Below the pieces are notes generated by a model. It was not told where the DNA came from and ran no database searches. It was given only the letters and a program-made list of their open reading frames with translations. A stretch of DNA of 64,000 nucleotides from Betaproteobacteria bacterium (GTDB lineage Bacteria > Pseudomonadota > Gammaproteobacteria > Burkholderiales > Burkholderiaceae_E). Shown here piece by piece: positions 37,689-46,300 of this stretch. The stretch covers positions 17,083-81,082 of the forward strand of contig JAYVKZ010000324.1 of the NCBI GenBank assembly GCA_043767985.1. The letters are read 5' to 3'. Numbering within the stretch: position 1 is the stretch's first letter; every line of letters begins with the position of its first letter. The translations under genes were made by a program, and so were the position numbers.

Positions 37689-39878
37689 CTACTTCAGTAT
37701 TTGAAAGAGATTATTGCGATCATCCGTCCATGGCTCAAGAGACGGTTTCGGTTTTAAACGATCCGGGCGATGCAAGCCCTTGTCCTTATCGGGCTTCGCG
37801 GTCAAGGCGTCGGCTGCGGCTTGCTTATCTAACCATGCCATAAAGGCCGCGCTCTTGGTGACTAAGATCCAATCGGAGCGGTACAAATAGCTCTCATCGC
37901 CCGGGTCATCCAACCAGCGCAGCGCTGAATAGCCGATGTCTGCCCCGAGTTGCGCCACCACGGGCTGCAAGTCGAGATAGCGATTACTGATATGAAAGGC
38001 GATCACGCCGTCTGGTTTCACATGCCTCGCATAGAGTTTGATCGCCTCACGGGTAATTAAATGGACCGGAATCGAGTCGCTTGAAAAAGCGTCAATGGCG
38101 AGCACGTCGAAGCCTTGATCGGGTTCGCGCTCTAGCACCAAGCGAGCATCGCCCAGGGCACTCGTAATCTTGGCGGCGCTGTCTTTCAAAAAGGTGAACT
38201 TGCGTTGCGCGAAATCCAACACCTGGGGATTGAGCTCATACACCCGGTACTCGTCGCCCTTACGCCCATAAGCGGCTAAAGTGCCCACACCCAATCCGAT
38301 CAGGCCCACCTTTTGAGGGTTTGCCACGCCCAATGTTTCCCGCGTACCGATGATGGCCCGCCCGATGCCGGACTGATCTCCGTAATAGGTGGTCACTAGG
38401 TTTTTAAACTTCTCGGCGCGATACTGTTCCCCGTGGGTAATGACACCGTGCAAGAGGCGCCACTTAGCGTTCTCCTTGGTATCTTCGGCCGTCGCACGGA
38501 TACGCAAGGTGCCGTAGAAATTGCGATCCATGGCAACCGTGTCTTGACGGACATGGTCCGCATGCTGATAGAAAAAGAAGCCGCACGCCACGACAGCCGC
38601 CAAGCCTACGGACTTGACCCAGCCGTCCGAGAACCAGGCCACCAAGAAAGCAAAGACTAGAAGCGCAAGCGGAAACTCCCAGTAGTAACTAAACAGCAAA
38701 GGCGCGACAACCCCGCATAGCAGGCCTCCGAGCGCACCTCCCAGTGACACCATTAAGTAAAAGCGCGTGAGGTGCTGCGGTACAGGCTTGCGTGCAACCA
38801 ACTCGCCGTGACAAACCATGCACAAGACAAACAAGCCCCAGGCATAGAGCGGTACCGCTTGCTCGATATGCATGATGCCGCTCTCGAACAGACCACTCAA
38901 ACCGTCGCTTAGCTCCCAGTCATCGTTCCAGCGATAGTTGAGCCCGGCCATCAACATCGCCACCATCAACGCAGATAAAGGCAAATACCACACCCTGAGA
39001 TACCAACCCTTACCGTCAAAGCAAAGAATGAAAGTAATCAAGTAAATCGCCAGTGGCAGGACCCAAAGAAAGGGAATGGAAGCGACGTTTTGGGTAATGT
39101 GAATGGTGACGGTCAGCAACATCACCGAGCCCAAAGCCGCCAGCACTAGCCACAACAGTTGTTCATTAAGTTTTAAAGGGCTCACGACACCCGTATCAGC
39201 AGGCCTTTCTAGACGGACGTTATCGCTATCAGACATTGTCAAAGAGGACACCTCCGGCGAGGCGCTCTGATCGGCCGAGTTTTTTGAGGACAACCAACCC
39301 GTCAAAACCGCCAGGGCCACAAAACCACCATAGCCGAGACTCCACCCCCAGGATTGCAATTGAGCGCTCGCAAAAGGCTCGATCAGCGGTGGGTAAGCAA
39401 TCAGCGCCGCCATGGAGGCCATATTGGACAGGGCATATAACCGATACACATTGATTTTCTTGCTATCGCTGGTCGACGCAGGGAAACGTTTTGCAAACCA
39501 CGCCTGAACCAAGGGTCCCGTCGTTGAAAGCATGAAATACGGCAAACCAATCGTGACAAACAAGAGCAACAGGATGCGACCGATTGGGTTGTCCGCATCC
39601 ATGGGCTTGAAGCTCGGTGAGGCCGTGATGGGCAATAGGGCAAGACTCAAAACTAGTAATGTGGCATGTACCATCACCTGCTTTTTAAACGACAGGCGGC
39701 GAGTCAAAAAGTCCGAGTAAAAGTAGCCTGCCAATAAAATGCACTGAAAAAACACCATGCAGGTGGTCCAGACTGCAGCCGAGCCCCCAAACCAAGGCAA
39801 GATCTGCTTGGCGATAATGGGTTGCACGAGAAACAGCAGAAAAGCGGAGAGCGCAATGGTGGCGCCGTAATGAAGCAT
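37689..39878 (-). CDS. Membrane-fused spermidine-synthase-like methyltransferase (polytopic N-terminal domain plus SpeE-like C-terminal domain)
   Basis: N-terminus FLLFLVQPIIAKQILPWFGGSAAVWTTCMVFFQ. C-terminal GLIGLGVGT...DVLAIDAFSSDSIPVHL resembles SAM-binding and SpeE motifs. The ORF extension to 40013 would overlap the neighbouring gene. Confidence 0.78.
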   Translation of the reverse strand: MLHYGATIALSAFLLFLVQPIIAKQILPWFGGSAAVWTTCMVFFQCILLAGYFYSDFLTRRLSFKKQVMVHATLLVLSLALLPITASPSFKPMDADNPIGRILLLLFVTIGLPYFMLSTTGPLVQAWFAKRFPASTSDSKKINVYRLYALSNMASMAALIAYPPLIEPFASAQLQSWGWSLGYGGFVALAVLTGWLSSKNSADQSASPEVSSLTMSDSDNVRLERPADTGVVSPLKLNEQLLWLVLAALGSVMLLTVTIHITQNVASIPFLWVLPLAIYLITFILCFDGKGWYLRVWYLPLSALMVAMLMAGLNYRWNDDWELSDGLSGLFESGIMHIEQAVPLYAWGLFVLCMVCHGELVARKPVPQHLTRFYLMVSLGGALGGLLCGVVAPLLFSYYWEFPLALLVFAFLVAWFSDGWVKSVGLAAVVACGFFFYQHADHVRQDTVAMDRNFYGTLRIRATAEDTKENAKWRLLHGVITHGEQYRAEKFKNLVTTYYGDQSGIGRAIIGTRETLGVANPQKVGLIGLGVGTLAAYGRKGDEYRVYELNPQVLDFAQRKFTFLKDSAAKITSALGDARLVLEREPDQGFDVLAIDAFSSDSIPVHLITREAIKLYARHVKPDGVIAFHISNRYLDLQPVVAQLGADIGYSALRWLDDPGDESYLYRSDWILVTKSAAFMAWLDKQAAADALTAKPDKDKGLHRPDRLKPKPSLEPWTDDRNNLFQILK

Positions 39879-39957
39879 CAGTGGTCCTGGCCGATTATTA
39901 AGGTCGTGGTGTAGCGCGTAAAGGGTAGTGACAAAGAGGTGTTTAAGAATGCGCCGC

Positions 39958-40737
39958 TTAGGCGTAAACCTGCAATTGTGCCAATTGTTTTTCGACAGCC
40001 TCCGTCCAACCACGATTTGCCGCTGGGCTGGCTGGGCTTGGATGAAGAATTTGAGCGACCTTGGGCAGGCGTTTGATCAGGCGCGGCGCGTCGGCGTGGG
40101 CAAGAGCATGCTCAATACGCTTCATGGCGTAAGCGCCAATCCCAATCGCCCATTCCGGTTGCAACGCGGCCAAGGCTAGCCGAAGGTGTTGATCGCAGGC
40201 CGCTTGCAAGGCCTTCATCGCCGGGGCAGGCAGCTTATCTGGCGTAAAGTTTCTGCCCCCCGCCTCAAGAAACACTAAGGGGCAATAGTTGAGTACAAAG
40301 TGATCTTCAAAGAATCGCTCGGCCGTGCCAAAGCGCTGTGCAGCCCAACCCCATAAGCGGCGCCCACTGACTTCGGACCGTGTGCAGGCGAAGCCTTGAA
40401 TCGGACGCTTCGGATGCTCCTGTTTGGGCTTTGCAACCGGCATCTCAATACCCATCCAGTCGCGAACAGCGGCCACCTCACCAAAAGGAACACCGATCTG
40501 CATCATGCCGTAGGGTCCGGGGTTCATACCGAGCAACACCACTCTACGCCGACCGCTCCCAAAGCGACGAATATAAACTTCATGCGGTGCCCAGGCATAA
40601 TCGAGTGGATCGTAGACATGGGTCACGCTGAGTTCGGGGGCAGTAAAGAGACCGGAATCAGTCAATACCTTGAGCTGCTTGCTCAACGCACTTGCAGCGG
40701 CGAGCAGAGAGTTGTCGACACGGGCAGGTAGGGCCAT
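39958..40737 (-). CDS. Family 3 (SMUG1-type) uracil-DNA glycosylase
   Basis: GMNPGPYGMMQIGVPFG and HPSPASPAANRGW match the two SMUG1 signature motifs (GMNPGPxGMxQTGVPFG and HPSPRNPxANxGW). Confidence 0.8.
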   Translation of the reverse strand: MALPARVDNSLLAAASALSKQLKVLTDSGLFTAPELSVTHVYDPLDYAWAPHEVYIRRFGSGRRRVVLLGMNPGPYGMMQIGVPFGEVAAVRDWMGIEMPVAKPKQEHPKRPIQGFACTRSEVSGRRLWGWAAQRFGTAERFFEDHFVLNYCPLVFLEAGGRNFTPDKLPAPAMKALQAACDQHLRLALAALQPEWAIGIGAYAMKRIEHALAHADAPRLIKRLPKVAQILHPSPASPAANRGWTEAVEKQLAQLQVYA

Positions 40738-40844
40738 AAAAACAGGTCATCTCAGTAAAGTCACAGAATCGATGCTCTTCGATCGGTTGGACGGTACAGC
40801 ATTATGACAAGCTGGCAAAAGTAGGGTGCCCGAGAGGTAAACAG

Positions 40845-41831
40845 CTACCTTGCAGAGCGATAGTGAAGGGACCCTTGGGTGTCCTCACGCAGGCCGCTCC
40901 ACCATTGAAGGCCTCTTCGCGCCCAATTAGCGAACGTCGTTAACCAGATCAACGGCCTACGACCTAAGGAGCTAAAACGCGCCTCGCGAATGGCCGCGTT
41001 CACATGGGTCAGCTCGACCTGATTAGCGTCGCTGCTGTAAGCGGAAAGAATCGCTTTCTCGGCCAGAATGTTGACTCGCCGGGCGATACCGCCAGAGGCC
41101 TTGGCGAGTGCAAGGACGGATTGGCGCGTAAATAAGTCTGGGCGCCCGCCTGCTTTTTTGGATCGAAACGCTAAGTAGTGACTCACCTCTTCAAGCGAAA
41201 GTGGGCCCAGGTGAAAACGTTCGGTGATCCGCTCACGTAGCGGTCTTAATCGACTACCCGCGAGAGTCCGGTTCAGTTCGTCTTGACCGACCAGCATGAT
41301 TCGCATCAGCTTAGAACGCTTGGTTTCCAGGTTGGACAACAGGCGTATTTCCTCGAGGGTTTCGGCCGACATAACATGGGCTTCGTCAATCAGTAAAAGC
41401 ACCTTAATGCCCTTACTATGAAGATCGATCAAGCGCCTTTGCAGATTCTTAATCACTTGGGCTGATCGCATTGATTCAAGGTTTCGCATCCTCAGCTCGC
41501 TGGCGATCATCAGTAGCATTTCGTCGCGCATGACCGAAGGGTTGGCAACATAGACCACTTCAAGATGTCTTGGCTTACGGTCGATCAACATGCGGGACAG
41601 CATGGTCTTACCCGTGCCCACTTCGCCTGTCACCGTGATGACCCCTTCGGCGTGTAGGCAGGCGTACTCAAGCCCCTCGAGCATGGCACCACGATCTGCT
41701 CCGTCAAAAAAAGTGTCGGTATTGGGTGTGAGAGGGAAGGGCACTTCCCGAAAGTGAAAATGCTCCAGATAAACCGCCTCTCGACGGGCGACTTCCCGCC
41801 TGCCCACGGCTTGCTTGCTGAGTCTACTCAT
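40845..41831 (-). CDS. mshM: ExeA/GspA/MshM-family AAA+ ATPase
   Basis: YLEHFHFREVPF, Walker A GEVGTGKT and Walker B LLLIDEAH. There is no C-terminal peptidoglycan-binding domain, which is MshM-like. ATGA overlap with the upstream ABC ATPase gene. Confidence 0.82.
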   Translation of the reverse strand: MSRLSKQAVGRREVARREAVYLEHFHFREVPFPLTPNTDTFFDGADRGAMLEGLEYACLHAEGVITVTGEVGTGKTMLSRMLIDRKPRHLEVVYVANPSVMRDEMLLMIASELRMRNLESMRSAQVIKNLQRRLIDLHSKGIKVLLLIDEAHVMSAETLEEIRLLSNLETKRSKLMRIMLVGQDELNRTLAGSRLRPLRERITERFHLGPLSLEEVSHYLAFRSKKAGGRPDLFTRQSVLALAKASGGIARRVNILAEKAILSAYSSDANQVELTHVNAAIREARFSSLGRRPLIWLTTFANWARRGLQWWSGLREDTQGSLHYRSAR

Positions 41832-42583
41832 GCGTGCTCCAAGGTCTCGATACTATGAATAAATGCTTCTTCGAGGCTTGCTCCAGAAAAGCGCTGACGT
41901 AGGGTGACAGGCGTGCCGCAAAAGATCAGCGCCCCGTTGTGGATAAGCGCCATGCGGTCACAGAGCGCTTCGATATCCAGCATCGAATGGGACGTGAAGA
42001 CGATGGTTCGGCCCTGAGCCTTGGCCTGCTTCAAAGCTGTGATAAAAAAACGCCTTGCCAGGGGATCCAGACCGCTCATCGGCTCATCCAATACGACTAA
42101 CGGTGCCTGCAAGATCAGGCAGGCCATCAGCCCGATCTTCTGCGTCATACCTTTTGAAAAGAACTTAAGGGGGCGATGCATCGCCTGGGGATCAATTGCA
42201 AAATCCGCAAAGCCCTGGCGGCTTGCCGCTTCACTCCAAGTTTGGCCTCGAAGACCCGCCAGCCAAACCAGTGTTTCATGCCCCGTGAGGTATCCAGGAG
42301 GCACAAAGCGCTCAGGAAGAAAAGCTAGGGGCGTGCGGGCGCTGGCCAGCGTGCTAGCCACGCCAAAGATGTCGACGCAGCCACTCGTTACTTTCATAAA
42401 ATCAAGTAGGCAGCGTAACAACGTGGTCTTACCCGCACCATTGACGCCAGCAATGGCCAGCGTTTCACCAGCCCGAACCTCGAGGCAGACGTCGTCAAGA
42501 ATTGTCTTCTGGTCGATGCACTTGGTGACATGGCTAAATCGAATCGCCAGGGCGTCACGCGGAGTTGTAAATGAATTGTTCAT
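41828..42583 (-). CDS. ABC transporter ATP-binding protein
   Basis: Walker A GVNGAGKTT, signature-like FSKGMTQK, Walker B LVVLDEPMSGLD and H-loop FTSHS. Confidence 0.88.
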   Translation of the reverse strand: MNNSFTTPRDALAIRFSHVTKCIDQKTILDDVCLEVRAGETLAIAGVNGAGKTTLLRCLLDFMKVTSGCVDIFGVASTLASARTPLAFLPERFVPPGYLTGHETLVWLAGLRGQTWSEAASRQGFADFAIDPQAMHRPLKFFSKGMTQKIGLMACLILQAPLVVLDEPMSGLDPLARRFFITALKQAKAQGRTIVFTSHSMLDIEALCDRMALIHNGALIFCGTPVTLRQRFSGASLEEAFIHSIETLEHA

Positions 42584-42682
42584 GGAGCCCGATCATAGAG
42601 GGCTAGTGCAAGGTAGTAAGCAAGAAAAGCACCGAATTATCTGGCTTATTCGAGCCTTTAGATCTTACGGATCGTTCGACAA

Positions 42683-44662
42683 TTGGGCCCAACGTTTGAA
42701 AACTGTTTGGAGCCACCCAGCGTGTATCACTTCCCAAGAACAAAGTTGCTAGTACAACCCCTGCTGCTGACGATGCTGGCAGGTTGCGTTGGAAAACCCA
42801 TTTCGCCCTCCTCTCAACATCTTGGCCGTCAGGCTTTAGGGGATCGCTCCGCGCTCCTAAAGGAGCGATCACCCCAAGTTCAAGACGATATTCCCGCCCC
42901 GCTCAGCAGCGCGATTGAAACGCCGCGCCCTCGCCTCGGTCCGAAGCTCGAAACGTACTCGGTGGTGGTGAGTCAGGTCGAAATCTCAGAACTACTTTTT
43001 GCGATGGCGCGCGATGCCAAGCTGAACGTCGATGTGCATCCGCTGGTGCAGGGCAAGGTCACGATCAACGCGATCAACCAGACCTTACCGGCCATTCTGA
43101 ATCGTCTCGCGAGGCAGGTGGATCTGCACTATGAATTTGATGGTAAGAATCTTGTGGTGATGCCCGATGTTGCATTTTCCCGGCACTACGCCATTGACTA
43201 CGTCAATATGACCCGCGAGTCGCGCTCCAGCACCAGTATTGCGACTCAGATTGCTTCGACAGGTAGAGACGCCCTGAGTTCCAGCGGCGGCTCCGGTGGA
43301 TCGCAGGCAAGCAATAACTCCACAACCCAGATCACCAATACGTCCAGTAACCGTTTCTGGGAGACCTTGGTGTCCAATTTGCGGGTCTTAATTCATGACA
43401 GCGCAACGTCGAACCCAAGCGCTGCATCATCGAGCCAAACTCCCGGTCAAACTCCCGGTCAAACCTCTGGACAAGGCTCGAGTAGCCCGTCGGGTGGTGG
43501 CACACCGCCAAGCACTCCCAGCATCACAGGCCCCGGTAGTAGCGGCACCACGGGCTCGGCGTCAGCGGCGGCCTCGAACGTCAGTGCAAGTCCCGAAACT
43601 GGCTTCATCACAGTGAAGGCGACCCATCGACAACACCTTAGGGTGCGCGATTATCTCGACAAGATTATGGGGTCTGCGCGTCGTCAAGTCATGATTGAGG
43701 CAACCATTGCAGAAGTGCAATTGTCGGACCAATATCAGCAAGGCATTAATTGGTCGCGCATGAGTTTGGACGGTTCAGGCTTTGCCTTCCAAATGCAACC
43801 CCAGGGTACAGGCCCCTTGGTCAGCGGGGCGGTGCCCGGCACAGGCCCAGGAGGGGTCACTTTCCCAGGGGTGCCAGGAGTGACGAACCTCCCCGGTGGA
43901 GCCAATCTCAGTCAGGGGCAAAGCACCAGTCTGGGGGTGTTTCGATATTTGAACAGTACGTCCTCGCTGGGTAATATCGGTGCTGCGGTGTCCTTGCTGC
44001 AATCGTTTGGCAAAGTGAAAGTGCTGTCCAGCCCCAAGATTAGCGTACTGAACAATCAGACGGCTGTATTGAAGGTGGTTGATAACAAAGTCTATTTCAC
44101 AATCGGTGTGCAAATCACGCCAGGGACTGCGACCACCGCAGCACTGGTCACCTATACCTCCACACCCAACACCGTGCCGGTGGGCTTCGTCATGTCGGTG
44201 ACGGCTCAGATTGAAGACGGTGGCAATGTCACGATTAATGTTCGGCCCACCATCTCTCGCATTATCGGCTATGTGACCGATCCCAATCCCGCACTAGCGC
44301 AAAGCAATGTGACGAGTCGCATTCCAGAGATTCAAACCCGCGAGCTGGAATCCATCCTCAAGGTTAGCAGCGGTGACATCGCGGTCATGGGCGGGCTGAT
44401 GCAGGAGTCTATCGACGAGCGTCAAGACAATATTCCAGGCGCATCGAGTCTCCCGTTCTTTGGGAACTTTTTCAAATATCGAAACGAAACTGCCGTGAAA
44501 AGCGAACTCGTTATTTTTTTGCGACCGATTGTGGTCAAGGAAGCCAGTATCGAAGGGGACTATCGCGGTTTCCGTGACTCCCTTCCTGGCCCTGATTTTT
44601 TCGGTAAGCCGGAGGGAGCAAACCCACTACGAACTTGGACACAAAGCGAGGCAACACGATGA
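42683..44662 (+). CDS. mshL: Lipoprotein secretin of a type IV filament system (MshL/PilQ-like)
   Basis: Lipobox LLTMLAGC. Secretin C-domain VKVLSSPKISVLNNQTAVLKV...IPEIQTRELESILKVSSGDIAVMGGL...IPGASSLPFFGNFF...ELVIFLRP. A likelier start is GTG at 42722 (GGAG upstream). Confidence 0.88.
   Translation: MGPTFENCLEPPSVYHFPRTKLLVQPLLLTMLAGCVGKPISPSSQHLGRQALGDRSALLKERSPQVQDDIPAPLSSAIETPRPRLGPKLETYSVVVSQVEISELLFAMARDAKLNVDVHPLVQGKVTINAINQTLPAILNRLARQVDLHYEFDGKNLVVMPDVAFSRHYAIDYVNMTRESRSSTSIATQIASTGRDALSSSGGSGGSQASNNSTTQITNTSSNRFWETLVSNLRVLIHDSATSNPSAASSSQTPGQTPGQTSGQGSSSPSGGGTPPSTPSITGPGSSGTTGSASAAASNVSASPETGFITVKATHRQHLRVRDYLDKIMGSARRQVMIEATIAEVQLSDQYQQGINWSRMSLDGSGFAFQMQPQGTGPLVSGAVPGTGPGGVTFPGVPGVTNLPGGANLSQGQSTSLGVFRYLNSTSSLGNIGAAVSLLQSFGKVKVLSSPKISVLNNQTAVLKVVDNKVYFTIGVQITPGTATTAALVTYTSTPNTVPVGFVMSVTAQIEDGGNVTINVRPTISRIIGYVTDPNPALAQSNVTSRIPEIQTRELESILKVSSGDIAVMGGLMQESIDERQDNIPGASSLPFFGNFFKYRNETAVKSELVIFLRPIVVKEASIEGDYRGFRDSLPGPDFFGKPEGANPLRTWTQSEATR
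43434..43469 (+). repeat. 12-bp in-frame tandem repeat (CAAACTCCCGGT x2 plus a degenerate third) encoding QTPG-QTPG-QTSG within the secretin
   Basis: Read directly. It is embedded in a ~70-aa Ser/Gly/Thr/Pro low-complexity insert. Confidence 0.85.
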
Positions 44663-46296
44663 GCCTATTGATCAAGGCCTTGAAGAAGGCAGAACAGAGA
44701 CATCAAGAGGCTACCGCTCAGGCCATAGAAATGGTTGCGACAGATCCTAGCTTTCAGGCGGGTCCAGCGCCCCAGGCCAAGGTGTCTCAAGCCACGGCTT
44801 CGAAAGCAGAACTCTCTCTACAAGCGGACCCGCCCGCGCAGGAAGTAATCTCATCAAAGCTAGAGACGCCCGGGCTGGCGGAGCTCATCAGTATCGAAGA
44901 GAAGTACATCACACTGGCGCAAGCTCACGCTGAGCAGCCTGCGACGAATACCTCAGCACAAGAGAGCACTGCGAAGGCTATGACCCCGGCCTTGCCCGCT
45001 ACTGAACCCCTCGTAACCAAGCCGGTTCAGTTGAAGCACGATGAGGCGATCGCGAAAGCCACCGAAGCTCCCGCAGAGCGGGCGAGTTCCGTCAAAACCT
45101 CGCCGACGCCCATGAATCGAGAACCAGGTCCACCGCCACGTCGTCCAATATCGGCCTGGCTGAAGCTAGGAAGTGCGACTGCGCTCGCAGTTGTCGCTTG
45201 CGCAGCCTATCTAGCCTGGCAAATGCGGGCACCGACCACAAGCTTGCAAGGCTCGGTTCCTCAAGGCTCATTGTCCTCGGCCACCTTGCCGGCTCCCCCT
45301 TCGGGACAGTCTGTTGCCGCCAAGCCGGCAGCGGTTACCGAGAAAGAGACCAAGCCTGGCGTTGAACCTTTGCTTGCACCTCCAGTGAAGAGCAGACGCG
45401 TGTCGAATCAAGCAGGCTCTGAACAAGCGCTGTCAAGCGCCGGCCAGTCGCACATTGACGCCTTAATTTCAAAAGTCGGTCCACATATTGAGACAACACG
45501 TTCTCGCGGAACCCCTCTCAACTCACCCAAAGCGGATACCGTCGACGGGCCCTCAAGTTCTGATGTCAAGACTAGCCCGACTAACCTGTCCCGAGCGCAG
45601 GCGACGAACGCCCTCGCCCCGTTAGCCACTCCCAAGTCGAGCCCCCGCTTAATTCGCAACGAGGCAGCGGACCGGGTAAGTCTTTTGCTAGAACAAGCCT
45701 TCTCGGCCGTGGGTCGACAAGATCGGCGCACTGCTCGTCAGCTTTATGAGCAAGCGCTCGAGATCGAGCGCACTAATACTGATGCATTGGTCGCACTAGC
45801 GTCTTTGTCCGCGCGAGAGGGTGATAGCAACGCCGCCGAAAGGCTGTACGCTCGGGTCCTCGATCTTGACCCAAGCGATTCTGCCGCTCGCGCAGGGCTC
45901 GCGAGTTTGCGTGTGGCGGCCGATCCCACTGGGCAAGAGTCGCAACTGCGTCACCTTCTGGCTGGCAACTCGGTACAACCCTCTTTGCAGTTTGCGCTCG
46001 GCAATAGTTTGGCAGCGCAATCGCGTTGGAATGAGGCTCAACAGGCCTACTTTCTCGCTTCGAGCGGCGACGCTCTTCACCCTGATTACGCCTTCAACCT
46101 AGCCATTAGCCTGGAAAGGCTGCATCAAACCAATCTTGCACTGGTTCACTACCGACGGGCGCTCGAGCTCTCCAAGAATCGCCCAGGTCGATTCTCGGCA
46201 GATCAAGCGCAAAGCCGCATCCACACACTCGAATTGCGACTCTCTCCTCAGACGACGAGTAGTGGTACGCCAGACGCTATTCTCACTAAGGACTGA
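44659..46296 (+). CDS. Bitopic TPR protein (GspB-like N-terminus, TM, Pro/Ala/Ser-rich linker, C-terminal TPRs; MshN-like position)
   Basis: MSLLIKALKKAEQRHQE N-terminus, TM segment LGSATALAVVACAAYLAW and C-terminal TPR-like repeats (ARQLYEQALEIERTNTDALVALA...AERLYARVLDLDPSD...). ATGA overlap with the secretin stop codon. Confidence 0.65.
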   Translation: MSLLIKALKKAEQRHQEATAQAIEMVATDPSFQAGPAPQAKVSQATASKAELSLQADPPAQEVISSKLETPGLAELISIEEKYITLAQAHAEQPATNTSAQESTAKAMTPALPATEPLVTKPVQLKHDEAIAKATEAPAERASSVKTSPTPMNREPGPPPRRPISAWLKLGSATALAVVACAAYLAWQMRAPTTSLQGSVPQGSLSSATLPAPPSGQSVAAKPAAVTEKETKPGVEPLLAPPVKSRRVSNQAGSEQALSSAGQSHIDALISKVGPHIETTRSRGTPLNSPKADTVDGPSSSDVKTSPTNLSRAQATNALAPLATPKSSPRLIRNEAADRVSLLLEQAFSAVGRQDRRTARQLYEQALEIERTNTDALVALASLSAREGDSNAAERLYARVLDLDPSDSAARAGLASLRVAADPTGQESQLRHLLAGNSVQPSLQFALGNSLAAQSRWNEAQQAYFLASSGDALHPDYAFNLAISLERLHQTNLALVHYRRALELSKNRPGRFSADQAQSRIHTLELRLSPQTTSSGTPDAILTKD

Positions 46297-46300
46297 ATCG

